Below, piece by piece: positions 13,826-26,623 of a stretch of 64,000 nucleotides of DNA. The position numbers were made by a program, and so were the translations under genes. The first letter of the stretch is position 1. Each line of letters opens with the position of its first letter. This DNA is from Paramecium tetraurelia. Lineage: Eukaryota. The notes below the pieces were generated by a model. The model searched no databases and had not been told where the DNA came from. It saw nothing but the letters and a program-made list of their open reading frames with translations. The stretch lies in NCBI GenBank assembly GCA_000165425.1, contig CT868039.1:124001-188000 (forward strand), read 5' to 3'.

Positions 13826-13972
13826 TTTGTGTCTGATGAGTTATTAATAAAGGATGGTGTAAAATGTTCTGTAATAACAAATTCTTTTATAATAATTTTA
13901 ATAATATGAAAAGCATCTAAATTTTAAACTGGCTTTTTATATTATGTTTAATAAAATGAAGACTCTTAATTA

Positions 13973-15754
13973 TCAAATCATTGGATTTGGAGTTTCATAG
14001 TTAATTATAAATTCTGTGTACTCTTATAGATTTAGCTAGATGAAATATGAATAATATTCTTACACCATCATTGAGATTGAATGATTTAAACTCTTATTGA
14101 ACTTATAATTCATTGAAATTATCTATGACTCTTAATAATGATTTCAGAGTGATTAGATTCGATTGTCTAGATAGAATTTTGAAACTAGATTTCAGAATGT
14201 CTTAAGTTAAGATGATATCTTTGTTGGAAGCAAGAAGTAGAAAATCATCTAAAGTGAGTTCCTATTAGAGATTTAGTTGATCAATCAAATCCTTCCCTTC
14301 AATTGAGAATAGCTCTTTTAATTCTTCTAAACTCAAACTACCATCTGAATCAACGTCAGCTGTTTTAAATAACTTAGTCAAAATTTTCAAATGATCATTT
14401 GCATAGTTTTGAAGAAGGTACCAAAACACACATCTGTGTAAATAAGTCATATTCTTGCACTTAATCATATTCTTTAAGGGTTGCAACAAATCTTATGGTT
14501 GGACCTATTTCATCTTCACGAGGAATGGGTGTTCCAAACATTGCTTTAGAGTGATTCTATCATGCCTATTGAGGTTTAGCATTTCAAGCAAGAGTGTATT
14601 CATTTCAGAAGGGTAGTTATTTAAATATTCCTCTGGTTTGAATGATTGAATATCTTAAATAGTATATGGCATATCTTTGTTTCTTAGTTAGAGAATGATG
14701 ACAGCCAATGCCCACACATCATTGCATTTATTCCTACTCTTAACTTCAATAGGAATGTGATCTATATGTTTATCTGGATGCTTATCAAAATGTTTATGAG
14801 AATGTCTGGGATGCTAATGCTTTGAAGATATTGGATCTTCATAATATTGAGCTTCTTTTAGATACATTAATTGATAGATGCTTCGAACATCGGATAACTT
14901 GATAAAGGGTGTAGAGGAATCATCAAAGACAGAGAAACTGTGGATTGTCAATTCATCATGACTTAACCCTAGAGAATGTATATATCCTAATGCCTCTATC
15001 ATCTAATAAAATATGATCCCGATTTATTGGTCATCATACTTGCGATTCTCTACGTAATTAGACAAAGAACCTCCTGGACAACATTCGTACATTACCTAAT
15101 AAGTCTTTTTCTGGTGATCAACAAGAATGTCAATAATTTTTACAATGTGTATATTATCCTATGTTATAGTTATGCTTACCAATTTGATCTCCTCCAATTT
15201 ATCGATGTATTATTGATTCTTATGATCAAACTTAAGTACCTCTACCTAAACCTATTGGCCTGTTTCATTATGTTGCATTACCGTTTTGCCTAAATTTTCT
15301 GCTATTTAATAAAACTTAATATACCTAGAATTTTGCTTGATACGATTGAATAGTTTTTGGAGGCAGTCACTTGAAGACTCTTAGTTCCTTGTTTTATGTT
15401 GTTTCTTTTATTTTGAATACTAAATGGTGATGATCCCTATGCTAATGGTTACTCATATAACTAAGAAGATTAAACGATCATAGTTTTTGTAGTAATAGTG
15501 GTAGCATGAGAAGCTCTTCTTATGCTCATTGTACCATTTTTTGTTGAATTAATTTGTACCGGAGTTGTTGTTTGATTAGTAGATAGGTTTTTTTGTGGAA
15601 TTATGGCCTTGTTCTTCAAATTACGATCTTGCCATTAGATTGTACTTTTATTCGACCTCGGAACCAATGAAATTTATTGATCTGGTTTGGTTTCTGGTTG
15701 AGTTTTCATTTATTTCTAATCATTCTTTGCAGATGAAGAAGTACAAACTCCCAT
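13973..15754 (-). CDS. CDPK-like pseudokinase with EF-hand and His-rich insert
   Basis: Starts MGVCTSS. ECCPGGSL, IHSLGLSHDELTIHSF, IKLSDVRS, DVWALAVII; EF-hand DVDSDGSLSLEE. TGA at 13973-13975. Confidence 0.8.
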
Positions 15755-16458
15755 TAATTATAAATAATCAAATTAAATTACAAACATTAAGAAGTATATC
15801 TAAACATCTGAAACAAAAATATTGCATAAATTTGTTCATTTGACATGAATCTAGCGCAATAGTTTTCACAATACTCAAAGTTATCTGATTAATTCGAATC
15901 AGCTATATTATAAGGTAAATGTTCAGATAATATCTAATATTATTTTCCTAAATTAATATTTATTATATGATTGTTTTTATTATAAAATTCTCAAAAATAT
16001 AGACTATCAGGGACTCGAAATTATATCAATCATTTTCCAAGATGACTGCAATTGACTATATAACTGTATATATAGATAAATTATGCAAATTGAATTCTTT
16101 TTCAATTTATATTAATTTAAATAAGAAATAACAATTACTTCTTGTACTTATGTTCAAGAACAGTATTATTGTTATAACGTATGATAAATATATAAATGAC
16201 TTACATAATATGTTTTTCAAATAAATTTACTTTAAGATTAAAAAAGAAAAACTTCTTAAAGATAATTAATAATATTCGCTTTTGTCATGAATAAAAAGGA
16301 GTTAGAACTATATAACAAACAATAATTTGATAATGTTCATTTTAAGTAAGAAATTCTAACCTATTCACTATAGACTAAGATAAAATCACATAGGTGCAGA
16401 GAGATTTAAATTTATAATTTAGTTCTTATTTTTAGTTATATTTTAATTTGCCAAAGAA

Positions 16459-16466
16459 GCGGGAAT
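16459..16466. promoter_or_regulatory. Candidate E2F-type site GCGGGAAT (ATTCCCGC) upstream of thymidine kinase
   Basis: Isolated GC-rich octamer about 55 nt before the TK ATG, one mismatch from TTTCCCGC. Confidence 0.3.
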
Positions 16467-16521
16467 TGTAATTCTTAAGATAATTTATTTTATAAGAGCA
16501 TTAATTTAATTGTAAATTGGT

Positions 16522-17245
16522 ATGTACACAGGCACAATTTCAGTCATCTATGGTCCAATGGTAAATCTATTATAATATTTCAGTTTTCTGGTAAAACAAG
16601 CGAGCTCATGAGATTGGTCAAGAGATTTACAATTTCCGAAAGGAAGTGTGTAGTGTTAAATTATGCAAACGATAACAGATACTCAGGGGAATAATGTATT
16701 TCAAGTCATGACAAGTATGCTGTCTATTTTATAATTAAGACAATTTTTGAGAGCAATAAAAGTATGCAAATTGAATGAAGCTTACGAGAAGTGCAAGGAA
16801 AGCGATGTGGTAGCAATTGATGAGGGTTAATTCTTCTAAGATGTATTTGCAATGAATAATTATTTAGATTGTGGAATTTAGTGAGAAGATGGCAAATTTA
16901 GGGAAGATTGTAATTGTGGCTGCTTTGGATGGAACCTTTGACAGGAAGCCTTTTCATAACATCTTAAACCTAATTCCTTTGGCTGAGCGCATAACCAAAC
17001 TCACAGCAGTCTGTTGGTTTTGCAAGAGAGAAAATGCATCATTTACTAAAAGAATAGTATAATCTAAAGAGAGTATTTAAATGAATTGAATTTTAGTTGA
17101 ATTGATTGGCGGTGAGGATTGCTACAAACCAGCTTGTAGGCTATGTTTCCATCTGGCAGAGAGTCAATTGAAAGGTCAACCCATAGCATAGACTTAATTC
17201 GTTAATTAAGAGAATCATTACGACCAAAATAACTTGATTTGCTGA
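16522..17245 (+). CDS. TK1: Thymidine kinase (TK1 type)
   Basis: [13 protein letters not shown]-loop, [46 protein letters not shown]. Four tiny introns. Confidence 0.95.
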
Positions 17246-17288
17246 ACAAACACTATAATTAATTTATATTTTTTATTATTAAACCATC

Positions 17289-17609
17289 ATGAGTTTTAAT
17301 GGAAATGCATTACTGACACCTTCACGATATGGTGGTGAGTCTTGGAATGCCCAGACATGTTTCACTGCTTAGGAGGACTATTTTGAATGTTTGGATAGAG
17401 AGAATTCAACGAATGGTAATTGAATAATTAATCCAGTCAATCGCAAACTTTGTGGAAGAGAACATCAATTATGGAAGGAAGCATGTCCAGATAGTGACAG
17501 AAGAGCCTAAATGATATTCAGAAGACTGGAGAGACAAAATTAAGCATTGTATACATCAGAATAGCTCAGATAATATAATAATCATTAAAACAATAGAAGC
17601 TTCAAATGA
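17289..17609 (+). CDS. COA6/COX6B-family mitochondrial protein (CX9C..CX10C, 99 aa)
   Basis: CFTAQEDYFECLD and CGREHQLWKEACP. A 21-nt intron (17416-17436) leaves 300 coding nt. Confidence 0.75.
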
Positions 17610-17912
17610 TTAATGAAAATGCACAAAATAAAATATATTATAATAATAATATAAAGAATAAAAATAATTAATAAACTAGTTTCATACATATTGGAAATGT
17701 TGATAAATGGCAGGAGAAATTGAATGAAAAAGTTAAATTATAATTTTTGATTAAAGATTTTTATTTGAAAGATTGAATAAAAATTGAATATTTCTATGCA
17801 GTTATCAATCTTAGAATTGACTAATCAAATTCCAAGGTATCAGAATGATATGTTCATTTAAAAAAATCTTAAATTAGTTCAAAGCTAATAATTAAAAAGT
17901 CAATTATTAATA

Positions 17913-19494
17913 ATGTCGTATACTTCTAGCTGGCCTGTGTTCACAGAGTGCGATCCATGCACCAAGTTTTGGAATAGGAATGAAGGTCTAGTTGACCAGA
18001 ATATTTTAATGACTGAAGAACTAATGAAAACAGACCAGAAGAACATCATCATAAAAGAACGAATATATATCCTAACCAATAAGGGCTACTTTTACTATTA
18101 AAAACAGAATACGTTGAGATGGGTGCAATTGAATACGCAGATGAGTGTTAAACTCATAGAATTAAAGCTACCTCAAAGAGAACATGATGTAGTAAAGGTG
18201 ATTAGAATAAAGAGAAATCAGAGAGTCTACGCATGTTTTTGGAATTCAGATTTGTAATTCTTTAACTGATTACAGTTAGAAGACATTCTAATATTTTAAG
18301 AGAATAGCTGGATTTTGTGTGTGTTAGAATTTCGAACAACTCTACACATTCTAAGATCTACTGGGAAAAGGGGGATATTCTAAAGTGTATCAACTCTGTC
18401 CAGTGAATAGACTACCTTATCAGTAGTAGTATTACGCTGGGAAAGTATATAATAAAGTTGAAGTAAATTCGAAAAAGAACCTCATTTAAATATCACATTT
18501 AATAAGATAGGAATGCGAAATCCTCAAAAAGTTAAATTCTCCATTCATTATTAACTTATTCGAAATCATTCAATTAGATGAACAACTAAGTAAAGAATTT
18601 ATGAATCTCTAATAGTTCTGATAACAGAACTACTAAGGAGCGGATCCTTGTATTAATTGCTTAAGGAGAAAGTTCGAATACAGGAAGTCGAAGCCAATGG
18701 AATCATATTGAGAATCGCTTTAGGATTGCAATGTCTTCACAGGTAAATAGTGTAATTAATTTAGCTTAGGGTATGTTCATAGAGATATTAAACTTGAGAA
18801 TGTGTTGCTGGATAAGGATTAGATCAAAATAATTGATTTTGGATTTGCAGAACAAATAAATAGAGAGGTACTCACTTCAGGATAAGGAACCATTGGTTAC
18901 ATGGCTCCAGAAATCTTCTAGGATCAACCATACACTGAAGTAGGAGATGTTTTCAGTTTGGGAGTGGTTTATTACTTATTGCTGACTGGCAAATCTCCAT
19001 TCAGAGGACACAATCAGGAGAACATTATGAGAGCAAATAAATTATGCGAAATTGATTTTAGTGAGTATTGTTTTGTGAATGTGAGTCAAAAGGTCATCGC
19101 TCTAGTCAAGGCAATGCTCTAAAAAAACCCCAAGCATAGGATCAACTTAAATGAAGTCATCCAATCTTTGAGAGCTCTGAATCCTATCATAGATTACGCT
19201 TATCGAACAAATTCAGTTGATGGCTCTCAGATGACCAAATAGGCTGGAATCAGATCTCTCTATTTATTAAGTCAGAACTCTTAGGATTCCTTAAGAGGTT
19301 AGAAGACTTAGTAGAATAGATTGAATGTTACAGACAAATTCGTTGTGAAGACAAGTACGTTTCGACCTTCACTTGTCAATTTAGATAGCAGTCATAATGA
19401 GAATGAAGACTTGGAGGATAACCAGCTACCAGGATTTGTTGTGGAATTCTTGTTTGTTTCTATGAACATTATGAATAACACTAAATTTCCATGA
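17913..19494 (+). CDS. Ser/Thr protein kinase with N-terminal PH-like region
   Basis: LGKGGYSKV, YAGK, HRDIKLEN, DFG, GTIGYMAPE, DVFSLG. TGA at 19492-19494. Confidence 0.9.
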
Positions 19495-19510
19495 TATTAA
19501 ATTAATAATA

Positions 19511-20345
19511 ATGTAATTCTCTTGCATGTTCTGTGAACATAAAGGGAATCTGCCAGAATTACTAAATATGGTAAACATCAAAAATATTCAAGGCTCTTTC
19601 CTCCAAGTATCAAACCGATTTCTGGTAAATCTAATTGAGGAGTCCATCCACTATAAAATTCTAAGATCAAGTCTGCTTTGAAGAATCGGAAGAGTATTTC
19701 TAATTGTATAAGCTCTAGTAATTTAGGTATCATGCATACCCTCATCTATAAGATAATCGAAAATAACTTACTGAATATTATCGATATCATAGAGACATCC
19801 CACGTATTTTCATTAAGGGCATTACATCTCAACTAGAAAGTTATCACGAAAAACAAAGAGAAATCAAATATAAGAAAATAAAGAAATAATTAGGAATGTA
19901 AGTCAAAGATACAACAAGAGATGATATGATCTATCCGTTTAAGGCTCTAAAAGGTCTCAGTGAACTCTAAACTTCAAGGCAGTTACAATAGCTGTTGAAA
20001 TAAATCAAACCGCTTCGTTACGATAAAAGCGGAATTGCAAATTTGATTTAAAAGTAAAAGTAGTAGATGCTACAATCATAAAACTTAAAGAAATTATTAA
20101 AAATAGATAATACTAATACTGCTACAACTTTGGCGACCAAGAGAACTTATCATACTTCTCATACATTATAGGATGTAAAGAAGAAAACTCATAAAAAATA
20201 ACTTACCTTATGCACTGAGTATTCTCCTGAAGAAAGGAATGATTTTTATAAGAGATGGTCTGATGTTTTAAGTCATAGATAATTATAATATCATAAAAAA
20301 AAAATAAAATGCACTCTTCTTAACAAAAAGAAATCACTTAAATGA
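19511..20345 (+). CDS. Conserved-looking protein of unknown function (EYYRYHRDIPRIF motif, 263 aa)
   Basis: Removing 22- and 21-nt introns gives 792 coding nt containing LTEYYRYHRDIPRIFI. Confidence 0.7.
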
Positions 20346-20560
20346 AATTTATAATTTTGTATTTTAAATATGAATAAAGCTGAATAAGATGGTTTACTTT
20401 AGAGTTACCATCAACAGAAATCATGTTATCTAATAATTTCACTGAAATTATAAATTAGAATTTTAATATATCTTAATTTATTCTTGACTCTTATTTTATT
20501 TCCTCATGACTACCCATTTTTAAGATTCAAGTAATCAATAAAAAGATTTAGAATTATTTT

Positions 20561-20614
20561 TTAATTATCCATTATTTATATTAATCTACTTAATTATCCA
20601 TTATTTATATTAAT
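20561..20614. repeat. Two perfect 25-bp direct repeats (period 29) downstream of the aspartic protease stop
   Basis: TTAATTATCCATTATTTATATTAAT at 20561-20585 and 20590-20614. Confidence 0.85.
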
Positions 20615-20629
20615 AATATTTGAAATAAA

Positions 20630-21877
20630 TCATAAAATGAATATCAAACCAATCTATAGAATAATTAGCATTAAAGCATCATTAGATAGATGTCTTGATT
20701 TAAAATGTAATTTTAAACCCTTATTATTTATTGAATGAGCAAATCCAATCTGTTTATCTGTTTGATCGAAAACAGTGTAATAGCTATGCAAGAAAGCATC
20801 ACCTAACAATAGAATGTCATCTATCTCTGATCTTTCGAGTTTCGTATTACATTTTGATTGACTGCCGTCGATTATTGTACAAGCTATTGATATATTGTCA
20901 AAATCATACAATAGATGTAATCCTAAGGATTTAATAGTAATTCCAAGGAACTATTGACTCTTATCTTTATAATAGGAAATGCTTCAATAATTTCTTTTTC
21001 GCTTGTTGCAGTTACCGAACAATGTACAGTGCAATAAGAGGGGGCATAACTTTCAACTCTGTATGAACAATGAACTCCTTTTTCTTCAAACACATCCAAC
21101 ATGTTATCCATTGCAACTGCGGGAACAGTAAGACAACTAGTTCCACTGTCCACAAGGGCTGTTGGAATATTAAACAATTCATTATCTATGGACATTCCCT
21201 CTATTCCAATTAGATATTGAGATGCCGACATGAGGGGTACATAAGATATCTGTTAGCCCTCTTAAGCAAATTGCATATCAATGCCTCCAAATAGAATATA
21301 ACTACCATATTCACCTTCATCTTTCAAATACAATGAAAAGTATTTTTTAGAGATAAGTTTCTATTGATAAAGAGATTCCAAGATTGATGGATTTGGATTG
21401 GCAGCAATAGAATTGAATCCAAGTCCTAGGATGCCTCCACTGGATGCAATATTTCCATTTGCTCTTTCAATCAATAGGAAGGATTAATTAAATTTGATGT
21501 TATGGATCCACACTTAATCCCAAGCCAAAGTACCAGAAATGGGGCCATCATCATAGTAAATTGAATAACTGGAATCAGTATTAATGCAAGTCGAACTTGC
21601 AGTACAATCATATCGCTTGACTAAAATAAGAGTTTCTTATTAGATATGTACCATAATTATAGAATCCTCTTGCCTCTACTGATGGAACCCATAGATCTGA
21701 AGACCCTGTATCTATAATTAGCTCCATCTGTTATTTCATTGATCCGAACTGCATTTCCACTCTGTATTCTACTTGATGTATATCATGAATGGGATCCATG
21801 ATGGTAGTATGTCTCCGAACTTGATACGTGACGCTCTTGCCTTCGTACAATAAGCCTAGTAACAATGTTAGAAACAT
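20630..21877 (-). CDS. Pepsin-family (A1) aspartic protease with signal peptide and hydrophobic C-terminus
   Basis: IIDTGSSDLWV, GILGLGF, LVDSGTSCL, LLGDAFLHSYYTVFD..IGFA. Introns of 31 and 26 nt restore the frame (396 aa). Confidence 0.95.
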
Positions 21878-21927
21878 AATAAATGAAATAATCAACTATT
21901 CAAAGTTAATTAAATCGGAGTAGATAA

Positions 21928-23136
21928 ATGATTACGTTATTTTAGTAGCGTATGCAATCCGAATGGTAAAAAAGGTATGATCAAGTTAGAACAATAACTC
22001 CTTCAAAGTAAATTCGAATAAGAACAACTCCAAGTCCTGAGAGACCAATGAAATTGAAATTTGCCTAATCTCCTGTTCAAGCACTTTATACCACTTCCAC
22101 CAAGGCAACTGTGATTTTGCCTTTACAGAATGAGTAAAAATATACTATGCCAGAAACACGGCAGGGTTGCAGATCAATAGAACTGTCAAATAATTTGGGG
22201 ATTGTGATGGGAGGGCATTCTCACAGAGAATCTTTGGAATTCAATTTTATAGACTTGCAAAATGGATAATGGTTGTAGAAATAGCAATTTCAAGATTGGG
22301 AATTCTTGAAATACAGAATGAAGGAAAGCAATACAAAATTAGGAAGTCACTTTTCAATCAATTATGATGCTGAAGAGCAGACTCTTTATTGTTTTGGAGG
22401 CGAAAGGATATAGGGAGTTAGAAGATAAAGTAATACTTTAAGCAAGATACAAAATCATCAATTGCAATAATTTATTATAAACGGGATTCCTCCAAGAAGG
22501 AATCATACATCAACTCTGATGGATAATTAGTTGATAGTGATTGGAGGATTTGAAGACATGAATACAAAACCTAATTATTTTGGGGATATTCACAGCATCA
22601 ATTTGAATACTATGAAATCAACTCCATTATAAAAGTAGTTTATGAAAAATGGATTGGCATACCATCAGGTGATAAGTGTACAGAAAAAGAACCAATATTT
22701 TGAGGAAAAGGAGAATGGCATATATTTATTCGGAGGAAAGGATTAGGAAGACATTTTCAATAGTGATTTGATTTAGATTGTGATAGGGAATTAGTTTTAA
22801 GTGAATGTCGTATAGACTGCTGGATAATAACCAAAGGCAAGGAGGAACTTTAGTATGAATTACGATCAAAATAGTTAATGCATAATTATTTTTGGTGGAA
22901 CAAATGACTTTGAGATTTTTGATGATTTGTATACTTTAAATATTCAGAGTAAGATTTGGTGTAATGTTTAATTGAGTGGATACTTAAACTTCTAACCTAG
23001 ATATGATCATTGTTCATTGTATTAAAATGAAAAGTTGATTATATTTGGAGGATTGAATGAATTTGGATTTATTTTGTTTAATCCGATATTAATAAATTTA
23101 AAATTAAAAAGATAAAAATTGAATCACTAGGAATGA
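21928..23136 (+). CDS. Kelch-repeat beta-propeller protein (402 aa)
   Basis: Repeated YCFGG, VIGG, YLFGG and IIFGG with PPRRNH and PRYDH. Intronless 1209 nt. Confidence 0.9.
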
Positions 23137-24516
23137 ATATATGTGTATCCATCAAATTATTACTACACTTCCTTAATCCTCAATTATTTTGTAAATTCCT
23201 CAATCAAAGTTTTGTCTGATTCCTAATGTCCTTATTGCAACTTCCTGTTGTACTCTTCGCATTTTGGTTAATAGGGAGCAGCCATCTTTTTGCTATACAG
23301 ACTCACCCAATCGAAGCCATTAAACCATGGATGATCCTTCAATTAAGATATTCCTCCAATTCCCAACCTCAAAGATTATTTCCTCTGTATCAATTTGTTG
23401 GTGAAATCAATAATGGATGCTGAATAATTGGGACATTCCTTTTGACTGAGTAAGACTTGTCTTCCAAGTATTTCATCTCTGACTTCCTTGCGAGATCTTC
23501 CTGTATAGGGTCTTTTGCGAGTGATCAATTCATATGTCATCACTCCCAATGCAAAATAATCAACACCATAAGAGTGATTCTACCGTAACAAGACTTCAGG
23601 TGCCATGTAACCAGGAGTGCCACTCGTTTCATTGTGATTGTCCAATTTATGCAATCGAGCAATCCCCAAATCTGTGATTCTCAAATAACCCTGTTAATCA
23701 AATACAAGATTTTCTGGTTTCAAATCTCTATGGATGATCTAATTAGTATGCATATACTCCAATCCCAATATCAAACAACCTATAAAAAATTCTTGGTTTT
23801 TTATATAATATTGGTTACTTATTTGATCCTCCTTAAATTGTTTATTTAATATCAAATGGAATCTGAGATCTCCTCCTGGCAAGTAATCCATGACCAAATA
23901 TAGTGTTTCTCTATCTTGAAATGCAGCCACGATGTTTACTATAAAAGGATGTTTCAATTTGGAGAGTAGATTCTTTTCATTTAACACAGATTTTACTGAG
24001 TTCTTGCCTAAAATTCTAAGTCCTCAATTTTATTTACTTGGCTTTTTATAATTCTTTCATTGCAAAGATTTATCTGGATCTTTTGTGTTCCACTTTCCAC
24101 ACTTTTCCAAATCCTCCCCATCCTATGACAAATTTCAACGTGTAATTGATCTTCCCAACATAAGTATTATACTGATTAGTCGTCAACGTCGTACTCAAAT
24201 TCGTATTCTTAAACTTAATCCCGAAAATTGCTACCTTAATTGTTATGCTATTGCTGTGCGGCAAAGGTTTCCTCTTTGTCGTCTTCAACTCTCCCAAATA
24301 ATAAGTCTTCCTCTCTGGACTGTGAATTTGAGCCTGAGAAACATGGACACTGAATTTGGGTTATGCCATCAATTTCGGTGACACACTCACCAGGGGAGGC
24401 ACTAGGATATCAGAATCTATTCTACTGTCTTGAGATGCTCTTCGCTTCAAGATTATCTGGATTGGTTTCTCACTCTCGGCAAATAGATCACGGATATTTG
24501 TTCCCTTCTTAAACAT
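23124..24516 (-). CDS. AGC-family protein kinase
   Basis: IGWGGFGKVW, HPFIVN, DYLPGGDL, HRDLKPEN, DLG, GTPGYMAPE, and C-terminal hydrophobic motif QFDGYTY. TGA at 23124-23126. Confidence 0.93.
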
Positions 24517-24650
24517 TTATTTTATATTAATAATAACAGTCAATCCAACTATTATTACTCAATGAAATTAGAATAAAATATTATTATATCTAAAATCCCC
24601 TATTGATATGCTCTCGTTATTAATGGTCTTTTGTATATATATTAATTAAT

Positions 24651-25346
24651 ATGTTATTATTTATATTATTTCCAATAGTATTATCCCAAACTCAAGTGTG
24701 CCAAACTTCAGATTTCAACTCCGGTTACAAGAAGGTACAATCAGCCATTTTATTTAGGGGGACCGTATCGTCCTTTGTTTATTCTTCCAAACCGCTGATA
24801 ACCAACAATACAGATAAGTGTATTAATTAAAAGTTGACTAATATACTGCACTCCTCGTTTCTGGAACTTACCAGACTCTCTCCAGTAAGCAGAGCAATTT
24901 ATGGGCTAATTCTGGCAGTATTTCCACTCTTTACGGGACCCCATACACATAGTCTGGAGGTGCATACCCAATTTAATCCATTGTTGTTCAAATGATTCAG
25001 GGCAGTGTCATTGATGTTTTTTGGGATAACGTGTGTTTTGATGGTAGTTAATGTAAGGAAAATACAATCACAACAACTACAGGATAAAGTGTCTCAGAAA
25101 ACAATGATTTTGTTACTTCTTGTAGTGGAGGTGTTTGTGATCCCAAGGTATATGTGAGTTTCTTAGGCACTGATGCTAATGGGTAATACTATACTAGCAA
25201 TGGTATTTATATTGATTATAAAACAAATAGGAATTCGTATGTCAAAGTTCAGATAATATTCAGCTGCATAAATCTTCACAAACACTTAAAATGCATTTAA
25301 TAGTGTCATAGATGAGTATTCAAATTATACGGTATCAACAAAATGA
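24651..25346 (+). CDS. Secreted Cys-containing protein resembling the plant Expp1-type family (214 aa)
   Basis: Signal peptide MLLFILFPIVLS, VFWDNVC, CDPKVYVSFLGTDANGQYYTSNGIRMSKFRQYS. Introns of 23 and 28 nt. Family recognised from memory. Confidence 0.7.
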
Positions 25347-25478
25347 TTATTTATGATTCAATTTAGATATTGACTATTTTGATGCATTATCTAGTTTCTC
25401 AATATATTGCAATTTTTATAAAGTTAAAGTTGCTAGGGATATTGTATTATATATATAATATATTGATTTTAAATTTTA

Positions 25479-26598
25479 ATGTCATACTCCTGTACTGAAA
25501 AACTATGGAAACCAATCATTCGACCTCCAAGACACTATTATTAATTAAAAGATTTAGGCAATCAAATCACAATGATTGTCGATACGGTTACGAAACGAAC
25601 AGATTTTGAAATTGTGAATAAAAGAAAACTTACATTATAATGTAGGTACACTCTAAACCAATATAACCAGTCTCTTTGAACCAGTGAGAGTTCAAGATCG
25701 GTAACACTCTTGTATGATTTATCTGCATGGAAACTCTAGCAGCCGAGTTGAAGCATTGACAATCTTGGAATACTTGATCCCTTACAACATAGCCGTTTGT
25801 GGAATTGATTTATCAGGTAAGCCATCACTCATTAATCCAGGTTCTGGACATTCGGAAGGCGTTTACATTTCTCTTGGTTATTACGAATCTCAAGATGTGC
25901 AGAGTCTGATTGATTATCTAAGAGATCATAAAGTAAGATGCAACTTTAATAATAGAGCCTTACATATCTTAAATCGGGTTATGGGGGAGATCAATGGGTT
26001 CCGTAACAGCCATCTTCAGTGCCAGTTAGAACGAAGATATTAAGGTCCTGGTTTGTGACAGTCCCTTTTCTAATTTGACTGTCTTGTGTAAAGAAATTGC
26101 AACTTCCGGTTATGGAGTACCTGGGTGTTGTTTTGATTGTTTTTTCTGTTTTGTGAAATCCAAAATTAGAAAGGAAGCTAACTTTAATGTGGATGACCTC
26201 AATGTCCTCCAAATAGTTGGGAGTAATTATATAAGTTTTTAGAAGTGTTAGATCTTTCATCCTAAGTGTCCATTGCATTTTTGAGTGCCAATCAAGATTA
26301 ATTGGTCCCCTCAAAACATGCCAAACAATTGCATTGCTTTTTCAAAGGAACCAAATTACTCAAATCATTTGATGGGCATCACAACTCAAAAAGACCAAAT
26401 GATGTCATGAAAGAAGTGGCAGATTTTGTTATTTCTTAACTGGGCAAATAACAGAGCGATTAACCTCAGAGTTCAAGAGACACCAAATTGTTGTTGCTGC
26501 ACAACCAGAGAGAAAAGATATCTTTCCAATATGATGAGGTTCATCCAATTATGACTGGAGGTTAAATTTCCAACAATGAATAAAATATTACAAAATGA
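25479..26598 (+). CDS. Alpha/beta-hydrolase (YqkD/ABHD-like)
   Basis: IIRPPR, IYLHGNSSSRVE, GSGHSEG, nucleophile motif LWGRSMG, CDSPF, GHHNSKRP. Confidence 0.9.
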
Positions 26599-26623
26599 CA
26601 AAAAATTTTGATTTTATTTATTT

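Noticed and set aside
16000..16065. Minus-strand TTCGAGTCCC resembling a tRNA T-loop
   Set aside because: The T-stem does not pair and no cloverleaf can be built.
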